Origin: a bacterium
GTDB lineage: Bacteria > SAR324 > NAC60-12
Length of the DNA: 64,000 nt
NCBI GenBank assembly: GCA_965209155.1
Contig: OZ242383.1
Span: 2,208,001-2,272,000 of the forward strand
Direction of reading: 5' to 3'
Every line of letters begins with the position of its first letter. The stretch's first letter is position 1. Below are positions 29,169 through 38,976 of the stretch, piece by piece. The notes beneath the pieces are model-generated. The model saw only the letters and a program-made list of their open reading frames with translations, was not told the DNA's origin and did no database searches. A program made the position numbers and the translations under genes.

Positions 29169-30209
29169 TCAGTCTTTTATTCCTTCGATTTCTTTGACTA
29201 CAGATAAGTAAGCTTGGATCTTTGGAGACATGATATTTCCCGGAGTTATTATTTCATAGTGCGTATCCATACTGGCTGGTGGCTTTCGCTTTACCTTACT
29301 GGTTGCCAAAAAGTAAGCCATCTTGATAGCTGCCTGAGTCATATTATATGGGTCCTGCACTGCAGAAGCTGTAATCCAGCCCTCTTTGGTTTGGAAGTAC
29401 GATTGAGCAGTCATGTCAAATGAATCATTTCTGAGTTCACCAGGCTTAAAACCTTGTTCCTCCATAGCAATTGCTGCCATAGAACACATAACACAAAATG
29501 TTGTAAACCAACCCTTCAGATCAGGATTAGCGGTTAATATGTCCTGAGCCTGACTAAGGGATTTGTTGAAGTCGTAGTCGTTGTACTTTGTACCACCTGC
29601 TGTTATTTCCCAGCCAGGCCCTAAACCGGATATAAAGCCATCTTTTCTTTCTTCTTCAACAGCTGCGCCAGCTGATCCGGAAAGAATCGCGTACTTTCCT
29701 TTCCCCCCCATCTTCTCGCTAAAGATTCTCCCTAACTCTTGACCAACAGCAAAGTTGTTTGTTGCAAAATGATAGTCATATTTCTCTGTGCGAATTTTGG
29801 AGTCATAGGTTATCACCGGGATGCCGGTATCATACGCTTTTTCAACAAGAGGGGCCAGAGCATCTGTTTCAATAGCTGCTACAACAATAGCGAGAGGATT
29901 TGCCTGGAGAAATGTTTCCAACGTATTAATTTGCCCTTCCATTTGAGAGATCATTTCAGGAGCATAGTAAATGACTTCCGCACCACCAATTAAATCAGAA
30001 CCGCTCAAGTCATCAGCAGCAATTTTTGTCTGAGCCCAAAATGAGCCCGTTGCTATTTTAGCAATTACGTAGATTTTCCCGTTACTCTCAGAAGCATCAC
30101 GAATAGGCGGCAACTGGGCCCAGACCTGGCCAGCCACGAAGACGCTGGCTCCCATAATAAGAGCCAACAGGGTCACGCTCAATTTTGAGTTGCTTTTTTG
30201 ATCAAACAT
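29169..30209 (-). CDS. Sugar ABC transporter periplasmic binding protein (RbsB-like)
   Basis: Signal peptide ending VWA, GIPVITYDS, ATNNFAVG, VQDPYNM. Confidence 0.88.
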   Translation of the reverse strand: MFDQKSNSKLSVTLLALIMGASVFVAGQVWAQLPPIRDASESNGKIYVIAKIATGSFWAQTKIAADDLSGSDLIGGAEVIYYAPEMISQMEGQINTLETFLQANPLAIVVAAIETDALAPLVEKAYDTGIPVITYDSKIRTEKYDYHFATNNFAVGQELGRIFSEKMGGKGKYAILSGSAGAAVEEERKDGFISGLGPGWEITAGGTKYNDYDFNKSLSQAQDILTANPDLKGWFTTFCVMCSMAAIAMEEQGFKPGELRNDSFDMTAQSYFQTKEGWITASAVQDPYNMTQAAIKMAYFLATSKVKRKPPASMDTHYEIITPGNIMSPKIQAYLSVVKEIEGIKD

Positions 30210-30338
30210 ATGACATTTCCCTTTTGGATGTTTAAAAATATTAAGTATTGCTTTAAAACCTGCTTTCGTTCCCGAAAACAGGTTTTCGACGATTTCTCTA
30301 ATGATTACTTTCATTTTTACCTTTATTATTTTTAGGTG

Positions 30339-30898
30339 GTAACTATTCAGGTCTCAGAAAAACCCGTTCAGTTAAATATCTTTTAAGAAAGATTCCCAGG
30401 GAAGATCAATCGTTTTCACGTCCTTCCACGATATTGTTCAATCGATCAAGTGGGAACCCTCTCTTTCACTAAAACAACTTAGTGAAGGCATGATTTAAGC
30501 AATATATATTATTTTGCATAATGTCAACCCCCAAATGAAAAAAATGCAGGATTCGTAAAAAAATTTAAAATCTATCAATCAGGGAGATCCGCTTCTTTAT
30601 GATCGTGAGCCAAAAAACGAATGTTCACTCCACAATCCGGCGTTTTTTCCAATGGCGATAATGATCGTAAACGCTTTGCCAAGGAGGTAAATCAGAGTGA
30701 TAAGCGCTCTTGCTTCCATTGCTCTCGTTCTTTTTCAAAGAGTTGACAGGCTTCTTGAAGAGCCTAGAGGTGGGGAGTCGACGAAATGGAATGAATATAC
30801 TTTTGAACTTTCGAGAGCATAAAGTCCTTTCCAGACTCTATGCCATGCCAAATCTATACTTAATTTGATTGGTTCTCTGAAGATACCTGAATAGTTAC
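30339..30898. mobile_element. Non-coding segment bounded by 14-bp perfect inverted repeats (MITE-like)
   Basis: GTAACTATTCAGGT at 30339-30352 and ACCTGAATAGTTAC at 30885-30898. No target duplication seen. Confidence 0.5.
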
Positions 30899-30936
30899 GG
30901 ATGAACAAGGAAATTTGTTGCATTCTCCCATAATAC

Positions 30937-31794
30937 TCACGTCCTTGAACCAGGAAATTCCGAAAGAACTTCATTGGAAAGGGAACCTTCTGCGACTCGA
31001 GTGACGGGGCCGGTCATGCTGACCTGGAAATCGCGTGAAATGATGATATCGATGATCCCTCCGGGCATGTGGACATGGATTTGGGAATCACACCGTCCCA
31101 ATTTATGAGCAACTGCCGCTGCCGCGCAGCTGCTGCTACCCGATGCCATCGTATATCCCGCGCCGCGCTCCCAAATTTGAATCTGAATGTTGTTGCGATC
31201 CAAAATTCGCATGAATTGGACATTGATCCGCTGGGGAAAACAAGGTGCATTTTCCAGCAGCGGTCCATAGTGTCGCGTTTCGGCTTCTGAAAGAACTTCA
31301 CGCACAAGGACGCAGTGGGGATTGCCGATGCTTGCTGCGCAAAATTTGAATTCCTGTCCGTCCACCCGGATTGTTTCATCGATCACTTGGCGTGATGGTC
31401 CTCTCAGCGGAATCGATTTGCTCTCGAAACTGACTTTTCCCATTTCGACCATGATTTCATGCCCGTTTTCACGAACGGTCGCAACCACTTTTCCTCCTGC
31501 AGTGAGGATGGTAAACGGGGCCTCTTCTACCAAGCCCTGATCCCACAAATAGCGGGAAAAAATACGCAGACCATTTCCGCTTTTTTCGGCTTCACTGCCA
31601 TCCGGGTTGAAAATTCTCAGGGAAAATTCGGAGGCAGTCGATTCAGGACGACCGATGAGAATGCCGTCGGAGCCGATTCCAAAATGACGGTGGCAGATTC
31701 GCCGGATTTGCTCAGGCTTCAAAGGAACGGGTGTATCGTCAGGATCCAGAACGAGATAGTCGTTGCCGAGCGCATGGTATTTGGAAAATTTCAT
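30937..31794 (-). CDS. dapF: Diaminopimelate epimerase (Ser/Ser active-site variant)
   Basis: KYHALGND, GIGSDG, NPDGSEAEKSGNG, GNPH, WERGAGYTMASGS. Confidence 0.9.
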   Translation of the reverse strand: MKFSKYHALGNDYLVLDPDDTPVPLKPEQIRRICHRHFGIGSDGILIGRPESTASEFSLRIFNPDGSEAEKSGNGLRIFSRYLWDQGLVEEAPFTILTAGGKVVATVRENGHEIMVEMGKVSFESKSIPLRGPSRQVIDETIRVDGQEFKFCAASIGNPHCVLVREVLSEAETRHYGPLLENAPCFPQRINVQFMRILDRNNIQIQIWERGAGYTMASGSSSCAAAAVAHKLGRCDSQIHVHMPGGIIDIIISRDFQVSMTGPVTRVAEGSLSNEVLSEFPGSRT

Positions 31795-32340
31795 TGATTC
31801 TACCTGGAATGACATTCATTTAAAGATTTCGCCCCCCTCCCCTGGCCCCTCCCTCCAGGGGAGGGGGATATTTTAAGAGGCTGACATGCATATCAAACTT
31901 TCTGTCTCGCGACCGGGAGGGGGAGATTTTAAGAGGCTGTCATGCATATCAAACTTTCTGTCTCGCGAACGGGAAGGGGATATTTTAAGAGGCTGACATG
32001 CTTCATTCAACCCTTTTGTCTCGCGACTGGAAGGGGAATTTTTCAATAGATCGTTGCCGAGCGGTTGGTATCTGGAAAACTTCATTGATTCTACCTGGAA
32101 TGTCTTTCATTTATAGATTTCGCCCCCCTCCCCAGGCCCCTCCCTCCAGGGGAGGGTATATTTTAAGAGGCTGACATGCATATCAAACTTTCTGTCTCGC
32201 GAACGGGAGGGTATATTTAAGAGGCTGACATGCTTCATTCAACCCTTTTGTCTCGCGACCGGAAGGGGGATTTTTATAAAAAGCAGACATGCATATTTAC
32301 CCTTCTGTCTCAAGACCGGGGAGGGGTATTTTTTAATAAG
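31760..32340. repeat. Nested tandem duplication: two ~291-bp units, each with the dapF 5' end, a C/G-rich palindrome and three ~57-bp subrepeats
   Basis: 31760-32050 resembles 32051-32340. Subunit approx. GGGGATATTTTAAGAGGCTGACATGCATATCAAACTTTCTGTCTCGCGACCGGGAG. Confidence 0.88.
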
Positions 32341-32350
32341 TGGACAAACT

Positions 32351-34186
32351 TCACTCAACAGGTTGACAAGCTTCTTTCAACCATTCCAGGTTGCGACCAT
32401 CGAGATAACCCGAAATTTCATCCCAAACCCTCTGGTGATAGTCTTGCAGCCACTGCAATTCGATTGCTTGCAGCAATTGAGAGTCGATGAGTTGCCGGTC
32501 AAAGGGGATCATGGTCAAGGGATCGAATTGCAGCCAGGATTTACCTCCGGGATGGGGGGGAAGTTCTTCACAAGGTTCCACCACGTACAAATTTTCCAAA
32601 CGAATGCCACCCCAACCGGTTTCGTAATATCCCGGTTCATTGGAAACAATCATGCCGGCACGAAGATCCATTCTATGCGAAAGCGGGGAAATGTTGTGTG
32701 GTCCTTCGTGGACGTTGAGAAAAGCACCCACGCCGTGGCCCGTGCCGTGCCCGTAGTCCATCCCTTCATTCCATAACGGAGAACGGGCGACGGCGTCCAG
32801 AGAAGCGCCATGGGTCCCTGCGGGAAATTTTTGCAAGGCCAGGCGGATGTGGGATTGCAATACCCTGGTATAAATCGTTTTTTGACGGGCAGTTGGTTCA
32901 CCAATCGCGAGGGTTCGAGTGTCATCGGTCGTACCGCCTGCAATTTGAATTCCCGAATCCACCAACAGCATGTGATTCCCTTTCAACTGCTTTGCCGCAC
33001 TGGGATTGGAATAATGCACAATGGCGCCGTTTTCAGCAAACCCGGCGATGGTCGGAAAACTTAAATCCACAAATCCTGCTTCCCGGCTGTATTCTTCATG
33101 GAGTGACTCGGCGTAACTGCGTTCACTGACGAATTCCCCCCGTCTCAATTGGTCGTGGAGTTTGACGAAGCTGCGAATTTTTCCACAAGCCGCGCAATGA
33201 TGCGCTTTGCGGATTTGTTTGATTTCTACAGGATTTTTCAAAGCTTTCATCAATACGATGGGATTCTCTTTTTCGTAACGGGATCGAGCGCTTTCCTGGC
33301 GTGTTTGACCCTTTTTGCGAAGCGCCAGGTAAGTACCCATGGTCGTACTGGTGGGATCAAGCCAGATTTTTGAATTGGACAGGGATAGCAAATGGTCTTT
33401 GTAGGCCGCATAAGGTTTGAATTGAATCCAATTTTTCAGGGACTGCCGTACCTCCCGGGAAGCCTCTGCCAACGTAAAACAAAAGGCCTGCTCCTGGTCG
33501 ATCACGCAATAAGCTTCAAAAACGGGATTGCAGTCGATATCTTTTCCCCGCAAGTTGGTAAGCCAGGCGATCTCATCGAGTTTGGTGAGGACCAGCGCCT
33601 GCACTCCACCATCATGCATTGTTTGCCGGATTCGCTCCAACTTGGCTGCTGTCGTTTCACCCGTCCAGGAGGAGTCGAGAAGATAAATGGGTTGGCAAGG
33701 AGCTTGCGGACGATCTTCCCAAACCTGATCGACCAGGTTCGGGAAGACAGGGATCAATCGAGAATCCGGTGACTGCAGGTTTTTCAAAAATACGCGATGG
33801 GTTTTCGGAGTCATGGTAAATGGATCGAAACCCACTCTCAACGACTGCTGCCGCTTTTCTTGCCGGGCAAGCCATTGTTCGACGGTGGGCACTCCTTCCA
33901 ATCCTGCTTTTCGCACGACAAACCACTTTTCAGAAACCTCCTGTCCGGCTTGCAGGTGGTAACGGGAGTCTACGAACAACTGGTGTTTTCCGACACGGCA
34001 GAACAACGCCGTTCCCGCAGAACCGGAAAATCCCGTTATGGCTTTCAGACGTTGCTTGTACTCGGGAACGAACTCGTTGAGATGTTCATCCATGGAAGGC
34101 ACGAGATAGACGTCGATTTCGTGCTGTTCGAGCTTTTGCAACAATTTTAAAATTCTTTTTTCGACAATCGTTGTTGAGGGGTTCAT
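32351..34186 (-). CDS. Xaa-Pro aminopeptidase (aminopeptidase P, M24B)
   Basis: DEHLNE, GFSGSAG, DSG...GTTDDTRT, HGTGHGVG, VHEGP, SNEPGYY, GIRLEN. Confidence 0.93.
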   Translation of the reverse strand: MNPSTTIVEKRILKLLQKLEQHEIDVYLVPSMDEHLNEFVPEYKQRLKAITGFSGSAGTALFCRVGKHQLFVDSRYHLQAGQEVSEKWFVVRKAGLEGVPTVEQWLARQEKRQQSLRVGFDPFTMTPKTHRVFLKNLQSPDSRLIPVFPNLVDQVWEDRPQAPCQPIYLLDSSWTGETTAAKLERIRQTMHDGGVQALVLTKLDEIAWLTNLRGKDIDCNPVFEAYCVIDQEQAFCFTLAEASREVRQSLKNWIQFKPYAAYKDHLLSLSNSKIWLDPTSTTMGTYLALRKKGQTRQESARSRYEKENPIVLMKALKNPVEIKQIRKAHHCAACGKIRSFVKLHDQLRRGEFVSERSYAESLHEEYSREAGFVDLSFPTIAGFAENGAIVHYSNPSAAKQLKGNHMLLVDSGIQIAGGTTDDTRTLAIGEPTARQKTIYTRVLQSHIRLALQKFPAGTHGASLDAVARSPLWNEGMDYGHGTGHGVGAFLNVHEGPHNISPLSHRMDLRAGMIVSNEPGYYETGWGGIRLENLYVVEPCEELPPHPGGKSWLQFDPLTMIPFDRQLIDSQLLQAIELQWLQDYHQRVWDEISGYLDGRNLEWLKEACQPVE

Positions 34187-34440
34187 CTTGTCTTCCGAAT
34201 TATTAAATGCATAAAACTGATTGGAAATTAAATTACCAGAGGCGTTGATTCCTGTCTACCTTCTGGTCGGATTGTGATTACCGGGTGTTGTCCCGTATCG
34301 AGATCCAACCTTTCCAAAGGCGGAATTGTTCTTTGTACCCGGCTATGATAAAATTTGTTTCCGCAGTGATTTCTTCCCTATCACGGGTTTCATCAACGGT
34401 TCCTGGACCAGGATTGATCCAAATATCGAGAATTTGAAGC

Positions 34441-35055
34441 ATGTTCAGCGGAATTGTGAAAGGTCTGTGCCGCGTAGCATCGGTTACGGAAAAGATTGGA
34501 GGCAGGCAGTTGGCTGTTGCCTTGCATGATTTCAGTCAAGACCTCGAAACCGGAGCCAGTGTGGCCATCAATGGTGCATGCCTGACCGTGGTCGCGCTGC
34601 AGGACGGCGTAGCAAGGTTCGATGTCATCGAGGAAACGCTCATTCGCACGGATATCGGAAATTTGAAATCTGGTGATTTCGTGAACATCGAACGTTCATG
34701 CCGGATTGGCGATGAAATTGGAGGCCATCACGTGATGGGACACGTGGATACGAGGGGTACCATTGGGAAAATTCGCAACGCTCCCAACAACAGGGAAATT
34801 GTCATTCATCATGATCCCCAATGGCACAAATACATGATTCCCAAAGGGTGGATTGCCGTGGATGGCATCAGTTTGACGGTCGTTGCAGTGGCCCGGGATC
34901 ATTTCTCGGTTTGCTTGATCCCGGAAACTCTGGCGCGCACCACTTTAGGCTTCAAAGAAACGCAGCATTCTGTTAACCTGGAATTCGACCACGCAACCAA
35001 AGTGATTGTCACCACAATCGAACGGATGGGGCTTCCCGCATCAGCGAGTTCTTGA
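34441..35055 (+). CDS. ribE: Riboflavin synthase alpha chain
   Basis: MFSGIV, SVAINGACLTV, GGHHVMGHVD, VDGISLTV, VNLEFD. Confidence 0.93.
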   Translation: MFSGIVKGLCRVASVTEKIGGRQLAVALHDFSQDLETGASVAINGACLTVVALQDGVARFDVIEETLIRTDIGNLKSGDFVNIERSCRIGDEIGGHHVMGHVDTRGTIGKIRNAPNNREIVIHHDPQWHKYMIPKGWIAVDGISLTVVAVARDHFSVCLIPETLARTTLGFKETQHSVNLEFDHATKVIVTTIERMGLPASASS

Positions 35056-35095
35056 AAACGCAGAACACTCTCAACATTCATTCAATTCGCAGTCT

Positions 35096-36187
35096 ATGAA
35101 ATCTCGTGTTTATAATTTTGGAGCAGGACCCACCATGCTGCCACGGCCGGTCATGGAACAAGTTCAGGAGGAATTTCTGGATTTTCAAGGGTTGGGAGTC
35201 TCGATTATAGAACTCGGTCACCGCACCCGAGAGTTTGAATCGTTGGTGGAGGAGAGCATTTGTATTTTTCGAAAATTGACAAATCTTCCCGATCATTACA
35301 AAGTCATTTATCTCCATGGCGGAGGAAGAATGCAATTTTCTGCGGTTCCGCTGAATTTGATTGCACGCACTGCCGGAAAAAAAGCGCTGTATGTGGACAG
35401 TGGTTTTTTTTCCCAGCAAGCCATTGCGGAAGCGAAACGCTACGGAGAAATCCTGACGATCGCCAGTAGCGCGGAGAGCGGGTACGATCGCATTCCCTGG
35501 ATTGATGTCACAACCCTGGACCCTGCTGCATCCTATATCCATATCACCTCGAACAACACGATTGTGGGAACGCAGTGGAAGGCATTCCCGGAAACGAACG
35601 ATATGCCTTTAGTGATTGACGCGACTTCCGACATCCTTTCCCGAGTCGTCGATTTTTCGCAGGTTGGAGTGACTTATGCCAGTCTGCAGAAAAACCTGGG
35701 CCCCCCTGGCGTGGCCCTGGTGGTAGTGCGGGAAGATTTATTGGAGCACGCTTTGCCAGAGACTCCCATGCTGCTCAACTATAAAGATATGGTCGAAAGC
35801 AATTCCCTCCTCAATACTGCCAACACCATTGGGATTTACATCGCCTGTTTGATTTTGAAATGGTTGGAAAAGCAGGGAGGGATCTCCGTCATTGAAGCCT
35901 GTAATCGTAAGAAGGCGGCTCTGCTTTACGAAGCCATTGATTCCTCGAATTTCTATACATCAATAGCTCACAGGGAGCACCGTTCGCTGATGAACGTCAC
36001 CTTCAACCTGCCCACCGAGGAATTATTTCAAACATTTCTCAAAGAAGCTGCCCAGCAAGGGTTGTACGCCCTCAAAGGACATCGCATCGCGGGCGGCGCG
36101 AGGGCTTCCATCTACAATGCCATGCCTATCGAGGGGATCGAAGCCCTGGTTGCATTCATGGACGAATTCGCCCGAAAAAACGGCTGA
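35096..36187 (+). CDS. serC: Phosphoserine aminotransferase
   Basis: YNFGAGP, SNNTIVG, QKNLGP, RSLMNV, GHRIAGGARASIYNA. Confidence 0.94.
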   Translation: MKSRVYNFGAGPTMLPRPVMEQVQEEFLDFQGLGVSIIELGHRTREFESLVEESICIFRKLTNLPDHYKVIYLHGGGRMQFSAVPLNLIARTAGKKALYVDSGFFSQQAIAEAKRYGEILTIASSAESGYDRIPWIDVTTLDPAASYIHITSNNTIVGTQWKAFPETNDMPLVIDATSDILSRVVDFSQVGVTYASLQKNLGPPGVALVVVREDLLEHALPETPMLLNYKDMVESNSLLNTANTIGIYIACLILKWLEKQGGISVIEACNRKKAALLYEAIDSSNFYTSIAHREHRSLMNVTFNLPTEELFQTFLKEAAQQGLYALKGHRIAGGARASIYNAMPIEGIEALVAFMDEFARKNG

Positions 36188-36285
36188 CTAAAATTTTCCG
36201 GTGAATATTCCCTGCATTGCAATTTGAACAATGCCGCGCTAAAGTCAAAGGGAATTGAGAATTGCTTAGTTCAAAATAAATTAAA

Positions 36286-38973
36286 ATGAAGACCTCCCAA
36301 CAAATCCGACAGGAATTCCTTTCATTTTTTGAATCCAGAGGGCACCGTTTTGTGCGCAGTTCGCCGGTTGTCCCTGTGGATGACCCGTCGCTTTTGTTCA
36401 CCAATGCGGGCATGAACCAGTTCAAGGATATTTTTCTGGAAACCGGTACCCGCAGTTACAAGCGGGCAGTCAACTCCCAGAAATGCATCCGGGCCAGTGG
36501 CAAGCACAACGACCTGGAAGACGTGGGACACGATAATTTTCACCATACTTTTTTCGAGATGCTGGGAAACTGGTCCTTCGGAGACTATTTCAAGGAAGAT
36601 TCGATTCGCTGGGCCTGGCAATTGATGGTGGATCAATGGGAATTGCCTGCTGAGAGATTATGGGCCACCGTTTTTGAAGGGAATGTGGAGGAGAACCTGG
36701 AACCCGACCTGGAAGCCGAGGAATTATGGAAGACTTGTAGCGACATCGGCCATGAACGAATTCTACGCTGCAGCAAAAAGGACAACTTCTGGGAAATGGG
36801 CGAAACGGGTCCCTGTGGTCCCTGTTCCGAAATCCATATCGATTTGGGAGAAGGCACCTGCCCCTTGTCCGGAGAGCATCGATGCGCCGTGAACGTGGAG
36901 GGTTGCTGGCGTTTTGTTGAATTGTGGAACCTGGTCTTCATACAATACAATCGGGCCGCAGGTGGAGATCTGGAGAAATTACCGGCCCAACACGTTGACA
37001 CCGGAATGGGACTGGAACGAATTTGCCGGGTATTGCAGAAGGTCGATTCGAACTACGACACCGACCTGTTCACGCCAATCCTCGACGCCATTTCTCAAAC
37101 CACCGGGATGCCCTATACGGACGGAGAAGTCGGTGTGGCATTCCGAGTGATTGCCGATCACCTGCGCTCCCTGACCTTTGCGATTGCCGATGGTGCCATT
37201 CCTTCCAACGAGGGACGCGGGTATGTCCTGCGTCGCATGCTGAGGCGAGCAATTCGCTATAGCCGCGTTCTGGGCATGAAAGATCCTTTTTTGCACCAAC
37301 TCGTTCCTTCTCTCGTACTGCATATGGGCGAAGCATTCCCGGAAATTGCAGTCCGGGAAAAGCACGTCACCGGAGTGATCCGGGCGGAAGAAGAAAGTTT
37401 CGGATATACCCTGGACCGCGGGTTGGTAATCTTCGAGCAGATGATGCAAAAGAGGCAAACCCGGGACAAACGCCAACTGTCCGGCGAAGACGTCTTCCTT
37501 TTGTACGACACCTATGGCTTCCCTGTCGACTTGACCCGTTTGCTCTGCGTGGAGCGTCACCACTCGATCGACGAAGCGGGTTTTGATCGATGTATGGAAC
37601 AACAGCGTACACGGGCACGAGAGGCGGCAAAATTCAAGACAAGCATCGAAAACTGGCGGATTGTCAGTGAAGGTCCCCATTCTCGTTTTGTCGGCTATGA
37701 CACGCACACGGCTATTTCAGCCATTCGCCGCTACACTCGAAACGAGCGAGGGCAGTGGCTGATCGTTTTGGATCAAAGTCCCTTCTATGCCGAAGCAGGC
37801 GGGCAAGTAGCGGACCGGGGTTGGTTCAGGCAACGAAGTTCCCACCCTATCGATCCAACAAAACCGTTGGAAAAACAATGGACGGTGGTTGACGTGCGGA
37901 AGGAGGGAGACGCCATCGTTCACGTCGCAGAAGGCCCGTCAGCGCCTTTAGAAAGTCCCATGGAAGCCGAGGTCGACTGTCAACTGCGCTTGACGACCAC
38001 TTACAATCACACTGCCACGCATTTGTTGCACGCCGCTTTGAGACAGGTCTTGGGCGGTCACGTCAACCAGGCCGGCTCGGTGGTCCACCCGGATTACCTG
38101 CGATTCGATTTCACGCATTTTGAAAAACCAGGTGAATCACAAATGCTGGAAATCGAAGGGCTGGTCAACCAAAAGATCAGGGAAAACATTCCCCTCGATA
38201 TTTATGAAACCGCATACGACCAGGCAATCGCCGATGGCATAATCGCTCTTTTTGGTGAAAAATATGACGATGTGGTGCGGGTCGTACAGGCATCCGACTA
38301 TTCATCGGAACTCTGTGGCGGATGCCACGTGAAAGCGACCGGAGAAATTGGCCAGTTCCGTATCTCGTCAGAAGCGAGTATTGCATCGGGAGTCCGCCGT
38401 ATCGTCGCGATCACCGGCCCCGAAGCGGAACGCATGGCCCGTGAGGAAGGAAAAGCCATCCACGAATTGCGCCGGTTATTCAATGTCTCCACCACGGAAA
38501 TAACTCCCCTCGTCGAGCAATTACTCGAAGAGAAGCGTCAACTGGAAAAAGAATTACTGAACTTGAAAAAAGAATCCGCTGCTGGTGGCGCGGAGCAATT
38601 GATCGAGCAAGCTCATGAAATTGCCGGGGTCAAAGTGGTGATTTCCGAAGTGGAAATCGATTCCATGGATTCGTTCAAAAGCCTGGGAGATTCGCTACGC
38701 GAGCAGCTCAGTCCCGGACTGGCGGTGCTGGCGTCTCGTCTGAATGGCAAAGTCTCCTTCCTGTGCGTCGTCTCGGATCACCTGGTTGCTCAAGCAGTAA
38801 AGGCGGGAGAAGTGATCAATCTCGTCGCCAAATTGGCTGACGGACGCGGGGGTGGCAAAGCGCACCTGGCTCAAGCAGGAGCGAAATCTCCGCACAAGCT
38901 GCCGGATGCCTTGCGTCAGGCTCCGTCCTTGATCGAGCAATATTTGCATGCGCGCCACATCAACGGGAGCTGA
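36286..38973 (+). CDS. alaS: Alanine--tRNA ligase
   Basis: FTNAGMNQFK, TFFEMLGNWSFGDYFK, DTGMGLER, HTATHLLH, ELCGGCH. Confidence 0.97.
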   Translation: MKTSQQIRQEFLSFFESRGHRFVRSSPVVPVDDPSLLFTNAGMNQFKDIFLETGTRSYKRAVNSQKCIRASGKHNDLEDVGHDNFHHTFFEMLGNWSFGDYFKEDSIRWAWQLMVDQWELPAERLWATVFEGNVEENLEPDLEAEELWKTCSDIGHERILRCSKKDNFWEMGETGPCGPCSEIHIDLGEGTCPLSGEHRCAVNVEGCWRFVELWNLVFIQYNRAAGGDLEKLPAQHVDTGMGLERICRVLQKVDSNYDTDLFTPILDAISQTTGMPYTDGEVGVAFRVIADHLRSLTFAIADGAIPSNEGRGYVLRRMLRRAIRYSRVLGMKDPFLHQLVPSLVLHMGEAFPEIAVREKHVTGVIRAEEESFGYTLDRGLVIFEQMMQKRQTRDKRQLSGEDVFLLYDTYGFPVDLTRLLCVERHHSIDEAGFDRCMEQQRTRAREAAKFKTSIENWRIVSEGPHSRFVGYDTHTAISAIRRYTRNERGQWLIVLDQSPFYAEAGGQVADRGWFRQRSSHPIDPTKPLEKQWTVVDVRKEGDAIVHVAEGPSAPLESPMEAEVDCQLRLTTTYNHTATHLLHAALRQVLGGHVNQAGSVVHPDYLRFDFTHFEKPGESQMLEIEGLVNQKIRENIPLDIYETAYDQAIADGIIALFGEKYDDVVRVVQASDYSSELCGGCHVKATGEIGQFRISSEASIASGVRRIVAITGPEAERMAREEGKAIHELRRLFNVSTTEITPLVEQLLEEKRQLEKELLNLKKESAAGGAEQLIEQAHEIAGVKVVISEVEIDSMDSFKSLGDSLREQLSPGLAVLASRLNGKVSFLCVVSDHLVAQAVKAGEVINLVAKLADGRGGGKAHLAQAGAKSPHKLPDALRQAPSLIEQYLHARHINGS

Positions 38974-38976
38974 TTC

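Noticed and set aside
31860..32340. Possible CRISPR array
   Set aside because: The ~57-bp units are contiguous and similar along their whole length, with no unique spacers and no cas genes in the window.
36979..37707. 242-aa antisense ORF (likewise 52761-53453 and 53944-54720)
   Set aside because: Fully antisense to well-supported genes, with no motifs.
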